DNA of 62,459 bases from a virus. Lineage: Duplodnaviria; Caudoviricetes. Each line of letters starts with the position of its first letter. The stretch's first letter is position 1. The stretch is taken from positions 1-62,459 of the IMG/VR virus record IMGVR_UViG_3300042549_003483; one strand, 5' to 3'. Of the stretch, positions 57,286 through 62,459 are shown piece by piece. The notes beneath the pieces were generated by a model. The model was given only the letters and a program-made list of their open reading frames with translations, ran no database searches and was not told where the DNA came from. The translations under genes were made by a program, and so were the position numbers.

Positions 57286-58078
57286 TAGAGAAGGGGAGTT
57301 GATGGGGTGCAAGTAAAGGCGAAGATGACGTGAAGTATTGCCTAAGTGTAGATGATCGGTTGTAGAAGTCTGATAGATGCAACCGCTCCACCCCCATTCC
57401 TAGGTTTAGGAAAATGATCTGGGCGCTAGGCTGTCTGGGGTGGCTCTACGTGCGTCCTAGCTGGCACCATGTCGTGGTATGGGTGGAGTCACAGGCGGTC
57501 CTAGGGCGATCCTAGAGGCTTATGGCAGGTACAACCAACGCGCACATAGCACAACTCACGGGTGTGACAGTAACTACGGGTTGAAGATGTGGTATAGGTG
57601 TTCTACTGTTTGGTGTATTGGTGTAGTGTACGAATGGTTGCAGTCTGTATTAATCAACCCCATCCCCGGTTGCATTTGGAATGGGCATAGGACTGTTTCA
57701 ATAGGTGAAACAAGGATGATCGGGGGGATGGCTGGAACAACCTTTGACGCATGATGATCGGAACACACAACCAACGATGACAGTACGTCCATAGTCCTAT
57801 TTGAGCGTGTGGGCTAGGATTTCTACCCTATTTTGGGACTATGGTCACAAGCATTGGGCTTGGGTGGGCAAGGGGCAGAGGGGGTACGGAGGAACGTATA
57901 TACACGGTTGGGATAAAATCTCTAAAATAAAAGTCGTACACTACTCTGTAACAATCTGTAACAATTCAATGTATACACCCCATATTGGTATCAAGTGCAA
58001 CTAAAATATAGTGTTGAAGAATCTGTACACTAGTGTTTAGGCCATGGCTTTAGTAGTGGCATTCGCCATTAACAGAAT

Positions 58079-58117
58079 AAAAAAAAAAAACACAGGCCCT
58101 ATAGAGGAACCTGTGTT
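58079..58117 (-). terminator. Intrinsic terminator on the - strand in the non-coding region
   Basis: ACACAGG..CCTGTGT stem with a long T run. Confidence 0.7.
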
Positions 58118-58455
58118 GGTGGATTGTTAGCTGGTGGTTAGGCTTATATAATGCCATTCGGCAATTGTATTACAACAGCCAGTACCAGTTGGGCCATGAC
58201 CTAAGCTAGCTTATAATAGGGGAGGGGGTATTTTTTGTGAGTGGGGATATATTAGATCCCTCAAACAAAGCTCTTATTAAATACCACATTTTTAAAAAAA
58301 GTCAAGCAGATAATTAATATAGAGTGAATATTTTTTATCCGAGGTAGGTTGATATATGTTAACCCCGGAGATATAATCAATAGATGTATATCTATGAACA
58401 CTTTTTGAGCAAAATTATTCCATAGAAAATTTAAAAAAGTTAAATATTTTTTTTC

Positions 58456-58540
58456 TTGACAAATATCCAACTTTGTGGTATAAGTTTTTATCAATTGAGT
58501 AAAATAATGCTTGACAAATTTTTATTCTTGTGTACATAAT
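58456..58540 (+). promoter_or_regulatory. Tandem rightward promoters for the structural arm
   Basis: TTGACA-N17-TATAAG and TTGACA-N16-TACATAAT. Confidence 0.7.
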
Positions 58541-58772
58541 GACAACATTAGAAAAACTATACCTTCTCGCGAGGAAGGGTGATCAATTCCGCCTTTACGT
58601 GCCGGGTTCTTATGTGATCTACACACGGTGGGCGATTTACGAAAAGACCGGCATCTGGCTAGAGCCAGAACAAGTAGAGCAATACCTTTATGAAGAAGGT
58701 CTGTTGCCAAAACACGAAATCCGGTCTGTAAAAAAGGCTCTAATTGAGCGACGACAGATTAAAGATGGGTAA
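58539..58772 (+). CDS. Hypothetical protein, first gene of the + arm
   Basis: LEKLY..YVP.S.V.Y.R.AIYEKTG...VEQYLYEEGL. Confidence 0.6.
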   Translation: MTTLEKLYLLARKGDQFRLYVPGSYVIYTRWAIYEKTGIWLEPEQVEQYLYEEGLLPKHEIRSVKKALIERRQIKDG

Positions 58773-58917
58773 GACATTCAAAGACCGTCCTGAGCAGGAT
58801 GATGATGCAGACTTCCGCCGTAAGGTCATCAAGCGACGGGAAAATACCAAAAAGAAAAAGTCCACGCTTGAAGCGGATAATCTGGACCTTTTCGATAAGT
58901 ATGGTTTAGGTGGATGA
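58765..58917 (+). CDS. Small charged protein (50 aa)
   Basis: MGKTFKDR..; overlaps both neighbours. Confidence 0.5.
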   Translation: MGKTFKDRPEQDDDADFRRKVIKRRENTKKKKSTLEADNLDLFDKYGLGG

Positions 58918-59252
58918 AAGCGGTTATCGCATTTCTCGTAGCTTTGTTTATTTCTGTTGGTGCTCAAGCCCAACTTGCCACAAGTTTTGTCTGTAAAGAC
59001 CCTGCACCGTATTTCAATGCGGAACAGGTTTACAAATCAGAAGGCAACCAAGGCGCTGTGACATACATGAATATGTCTGTTGCGACTGGTCAATGCCTCG
59101 TACTTCCGGTGCCCGTACCTGTAGAGGTGGTTCATGAAGTGGGCACCATCAATGTTGACGGTGATCAAATCGTCGTTGTGCATGTTCGTAATGCAGCCGG
59201 TGGAGAGGGCTACGCCCTAGTATCTCCAAAAGACCTTCCCGGTAATCTTTGA
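58914..59252 (+). CDS. Predicted exported protein
   Basis: Signal peptide MKAVIAFLVALFISVGAQA; two Cys. Confidence 0.65.
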   Translation: MKAVIAFLVALFISVGAQAQLATSFVCKDPAPYFNAEQVYKSEGNQGAVTYMNMSVATGQCLVLPVPVPVEVVHEVGTINVDGDQIVVVHVRNAAGGEGYALVSPKDLPGNL

Positions 59253-59521
59253 TGCCAAAGCCCAAGATTCTAAAACGGCTAGAATATCAGCTTTCTCAGA
59301 AAGGATATTCTGAAGAAGCCGCAACTAAAATTGCTGTAGCTGGTTTGCAGAAAAGTGGCAATCTTAAGCCCGGTTCTACGGAGCCTACTGCAAAAGGTGT
59401 TAAGCGCGGTAACATGACCGCTGCTGAGCGCGCTAAGGATAGAGCAGCTAAAAAGACTGGGCGAAGCGCGTCAGAGTATAAATACAACCAGCTAAATAAT
59501 ACAGCTAGGTTGAAAAAGTAA
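59249..59521 (+). CDS. Small basic protein
   Basis: PKILKRL..QL..LQKSGNLKPGS..MTAAERAKDRAAK. Confidence 0.65.
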   Translation: MMPKPKILKRLEYQLSQKGYSEEAATKIAVAGLQKSGNLKPGSTEPTAKGVKRGNMTAAERAKDRAAKKTGRSASEYKYNQLNNTARLKK

Positions 59522-59524
59522 ATT

Positions 59525-59606
59525 GGATGGGCTGTCACTGGCGAGACTAGCTGACTGTAAATCAGTGGCTTTGGCTGTGGTGGTTCGACTCCATCCCCAT
59601 CCACCA
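59525..59606 (+). tRNA. tRNA-Tyr (GUA)
   Basis: Acceptor GGATGGG/CCCATCC, anticodon arm GCTGA-CTGTAAA-TCAGT, long variable arm, TTCGACT loop, encoded ACCA. Confidence 0.92.
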
Positions 59607-59667
59607 TGCTCCAACCCTGTCATCCCTGATGGCGGGGTTTTTCTTCATTTGAAAGGAATCCCCCACT

Positions 59668-61044
59668 ATGGCAGGGAAGGGTACCAATCCAACAAGCAAG
59701 GCTCGAAACACACGAGCCAAACCCCCCGCTGCAAACGCTGCTGCTGAACCAGCAACTAAGTCCTCATCTCCTCGCGTAGCACGCCCAAAGCCCGCTGCAA
59801 GCCCGCCTGAGGCTCCTTATCGGCCAGCCCCGGCCCCACGCCCTGTGGTCAGCCCAAGCCCGGATGCGCGTCCTGTAGGCCCTGTTCCCGGTGATCAGCC
59901 TATGAACGGTCGTCAGGCACTAGCTCGTAACGTAGAGCGCGTAAGCGGCTCTCCCAACGCTGCTCCGAACCGGCTTACTCCCCAGCCTAACCCAAGCGCC
60001 CGTGCTGCTTTCAACAATCTGAGCCCTGTGGCTCGTGCTGGTGGTGTGCTTGCTGTCGGCGCTGCTGCGGCCCCTATCCTTGAACAGCTTATTCGACGTG
60101 CCCAAGACAATGGTGTGTTTGATCGTCTTAGTCCGAACAACCTATCGCAACGTCAGCAGGATATGGCTCGTCGGCGTGAGCAAGAGCGTTTGGCAGCAGA
60201 TGGAAATCGTTCAATGGCCGAGGGCCGTCGTGAATCACGGGTTGACTACGGGCTAGACGATATTGCAGAAAACAATTTGCGTCTGGAGTCAGCCCCGCGT
60301 GCTGCTCCTTCGGCACCAGCCCGTCCACAGCCCCGGCCTACTGCTCGTCCGCGTAACGAGAGTGACGACATGGCTGCATCCCTTAATCGCGCCATGCTGT
60401 CGCGGCAGGGTCGAGAATTTGTAAACAATGAAGCACCGGGCATTTCGGATGCCAGTGAATTGAAGCGTCGTCTTGGCGGATTCTCCCCAGACGTCGAAAT
60501 GGCCCGTGGGGGCATGGTTAAAATGTCAAGAGGTGGTGACGTGAGCACATTTGGTAAAGCATTTCGTGAGGCCCGTGATTCCGGCCTAAAGGAATTTGAT
60601 TGGAACGGTAAGCGGTATAACACTCGTACCCGTGAGGAAGAGAGCCGCAGCCGTACTGAGTCGGTTCGCCCAACAGCAAAGCCTTCACTAGCTGATCGCG
60701 CTAAGGCAGCTTCCAGCGGTTCGACTGATGACTACAAGGACACATCAAAGCCGATTGATCGGGCCAGTGCTCTTCGTGAGACAGATCGCGTCAGCCGTGG
60801 TGTAAAGATGGCCAAGGGCGGCATGGTGTCATGCGATAAGCCAAAGAAGATGGCCAAGGGTGGTCTGGCCGGTACATTCGATATGCCCGGCATGTCTGAC
60901 ACTCCGGGTCGTGCCCCGCAGAATCGTCGTCCCAAAATGATGAAGTCTGCTGCAAAGCCAAAGGTTAAGGCCACGATGAAGGCTAAGAACAACATGCCCA
61001 TGCCAAAGATGGCCAAGGGCGGCATGTCCAAGCGAGGCAAGTAA
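59668..61044 (+). CDS. Pro/Arg-rich low-complexity protein with five M[AS][KR]GG motifs
   Basis: RBS aaagga; FGKAFREARDSGLKEFDWNGKRYNT mini-domain. Confidence 0.75.
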   Translation: MAGKGTNPTSKARNTRAKPPAANAAAEPATKSSSPRVARPKPAASPPEAPYRPAPAPRPVVSPSPDARPVGPVPGDQPMNGRQALARNVERVSGSPNAAPNRLTPQPNPSARAAFNNLSPVARAGGVLAVGAAAAPILEQLIRRAQDNGVFDRLSPNNLSQRQQDMARRREQERLAADGNRSMAEGRRESRVDYGLDDIAENNLRLESAPRAAPSAPARPQPRPTARPRNESDDMAASLNRAMLSRQGREFVNNEAPGISDASELKRRLGGFSPDVEMARGGMVKMSRGGDVSTFGKAFREARDSGLKEFDWNGKRYNTRTREEESRSRTESVRPTAKPSLADRAKAASSGSTDDYKDTSKPIDRASALRETDRVSRGVKMAKGGMVSCDKPKKMAKGGLAGTFDMPGMSDTPGRAPQNRRPKMMKSAAKPKVKATMKAKNNMPMPKMAKGGMSKRGK

Positions 61045-61046
61045 GC

Positions 61047-61331
61047 ATGACTGCTGCGACACTCACCAGATTTCGGAATGGCCAGTCTAACGCTGGCCTA
61101 TTTTCGGCTTCATCTGTATTTGCAATTGTGCCATCGGACAGCGCCGATCTTACCCCCAATTTTGCACGAGGGCTTTGGACTGGCACTGGTGGATCAATCT
61201 CCGTAATTCTTGTAGATGACACTACTGAAATTACACTTACAAACGTACCTGCTGGCACAATTCTGCCGCTATTTGTAGCGCGTGTTCGCGCAACTGGTAC
61301 AACTGCTACTAACCTACGAGGTTTTCGTTAA
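61047..61331 (+). CDS. Small virion accessory (spike-base-like) protein
   Basis: PSDSADL..RGLWTGTGG..VPAGTILP..RVRATGTTA. Confidence 0.65.
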   Translation: MTAATLTRFRNGQSNAGLFSASSVFAIVPSDSADLTPNFARGLWTGTGGSISVILVDDTTEITLTNVPAGTILPLFVARVRATGTTATNLRGFR

Positions 61332-61723
61332 TGACCAATGCGTCAAACTATCTAGAGAGTTCCATTGCCAACTGGCTTCGTGGTACGACTCTTCCTGCTG
61401 CTCCTGCATCCCTCTTCGTTGGTCTGTTCAATGGTGATCCAACTGATGCCGGTTCTGGCGGTACTGAGGTAACGACCACAATCCGCGTTGCGGGTCGTGT
61501 CGCTGTCACCCTAAGTGCTCCGTCTGATGGCGTGATGACCAACTCTGCAGAAGTCAGCTTTGGCGCTGCGGCCGGGGCTGCAACCGTCACACACTACGGT
61601 ATTTTCGACGCTGCGTCATCGGGCAACCTACTTATTCACGGTGCTGTTAGCACATCTCGTACGTATGCTATTGGGGATACCTGCCGGTTTGCTGCCGGTG
61701 CGCTGAGTGTAACCGTAGCCTAA
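61331..61723 (+). CDS. Virion accessory/minor tail protein
   Basis: SNYLE..LFVGLF..DPTDAG.GGTEV..VTHYGIFDAASSGNLL. Confidence 0.7.
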   Translation: MTNASNYLESSIANWLRGTTLPAAPASLFVGLFNGDPTDAGSGGTEVTTTIRVAGRVAVTLSAPSDGVMTNSAEVSFGAAAGAATVTHYGIFDAASSGNLLIHGAVSTSRTYAIGDTCRFAAGALSVTVA

Positions 61724-62459
61724 TGCAGTTTGGATTTGGCATGGGCATGTTATTCTTGGCCTTTACGATAGATCGTCCGTGGACACCCGCGCAACTGCCG
61801 GGCTTGGCGCTGTGGCTGGATGCCGCCGACGCCAGCACGATCACGCTCAACGGATCGACCGTCAGCCAGTGGCGGGATAAGAGCGGAAATGCTCGGCACG
61901 TCTCACAAGCAACCGCAGCCAATCAACCAACATTGACTGCTGCTGGTCTGAACGGAAAGCCAGAAATCAGTTTTGATGGCGTGGATGATTATTTAGCTGC
62001 CGCTTCTCCGCTTATTGACACAACTCACAGTTTGTTTGTTGTATTCACACCGACGATTGAAAATCAAACTGGGTCTCTTTTTGGGCAGTGGTCTGCTGGG
62101 CAAAATGGCCGTTTTACAATTCTTGTAAACCAAATTTCAAGTGGAGCTCCGGGGGCGGGGTTTTTGAACATGTTCAACTCTTCAGCGACGGGAGGCGGAG
62201 GAAGCGGTGGTCTCGCCGTAGAAGTTGCTATTTCAAATACACCCACTTTAATCACATCTATATCAACCACCGGAAGCGAGCAGTGGAAACTGTTTAAGAA
62301 CGGCGCGGAATGGGATAGCGCAACAATTACGAGCGTCTATACGGGGGTCAATAGCGCGATAGGTTCGTTGAATGGAACTGGATCATTGTTTCCATTCGAC
62401 GGCACTGTATCAGAATTGATTTCGTTACCCTCCGTCATCTCCACCACCGACCGCCAACT
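61723..62459 (+). CDS. LamG/concanavalin A-like virion protein (274 aa, wraps to 287)
   Basis: LALWLDAAD..VSQWRDKSGN..QP..FDGVDDYL; missed by the ORF track because it spans the contig end. Confidence 0.8.
   Translation, partial: MQFGFGMGMLFLAFTIDRPWTPAQLPGLALWLDAADASTITLNGSTVSQWRDKSGNARHVSQATAANQPTLTAAGLNGKPEISFDGVDDYLAAASPLIDTTHSLFVVFTPTIENQTGSLFGQWSAGQNGRFTILVNQISSGAPGAGFLNMFNSSATGGGGSGGLAVEVAISNTPTLITSISTTGSEQWKLFKNGAEWDSATITSVYTGVNSAIGSLNGTGSLFPFDGTVSELISLPSVISTTDRQ
62261..62459. repeat. Terminal overlap identical to 1-199
   Basis: Direct sequence identity. Confidence 0.97.

Larger units (their letters stand above)
57050..58530. other. Large non-coding region between the divergent arms (likely physical termini and/or origin)
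   Basis: No credible ORF; repeated GGTTGCA motifs; very AT-rich 58260-58530. Confidence 0.6.

Noticed and set aside
57108-58494. Short ORFs listed in the inter-arm region
   Set aside because: No convincing RBS, atypical composition, and overlap with promoter and repeat elements.

Overview
The window is an apparently complete, circularly assembled genome of a dsDNA podovirus-type phage. Bases 62261-62459 repeat bases 1-199, so the unit length is about 62,260 bp. The layout resembles HMO-2011-type/Zobellviridae-like phages, and the host is probably an alphaproteobacterium (inference). A + strand arm (about 58.5 kb across the origin to 24.9 kb) carries packaging, capsid, tail, ejection and lysis genes. 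A - strand arm (about 57 kb down to 24.9 kb) carries early genes, primase, helicase, family A DNA polymerase with a DnaJ-type Zn-finger insert, class II RNR and ThyX. The arms diverge from a 1.5-kb non-coding region and converge at a bidirectional terminator. No integrase, RNA polymerase, reverse transcriptase or CRISPR array was recognised. Highlights: (1) an anticodon-domain-less glutamyl-tRNA synthetase paralog within an early cluster of tRNA/ribosome-directed genes (deaminase, Rnl2-like ligase, kinase, phosphoesterase, ArfA-like and RMF-like peptides), upstream of an 'SCM'-motif protein and an M28-like peptidase; (2) a group I intron with an HNH gene splitting polA; (3) structured leaders sharing a CUAC/CC internal loop before the scaffold and capsid genes, plus a 12-nt complement to the capsid-operon terminator; (4) repeated early promoters whose -10 sits in an inverted repeat with a compensatory change; (5) several module-swap scars and two disrupted genes. 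All functional calls come from motif recognition by eye; no database search was run.
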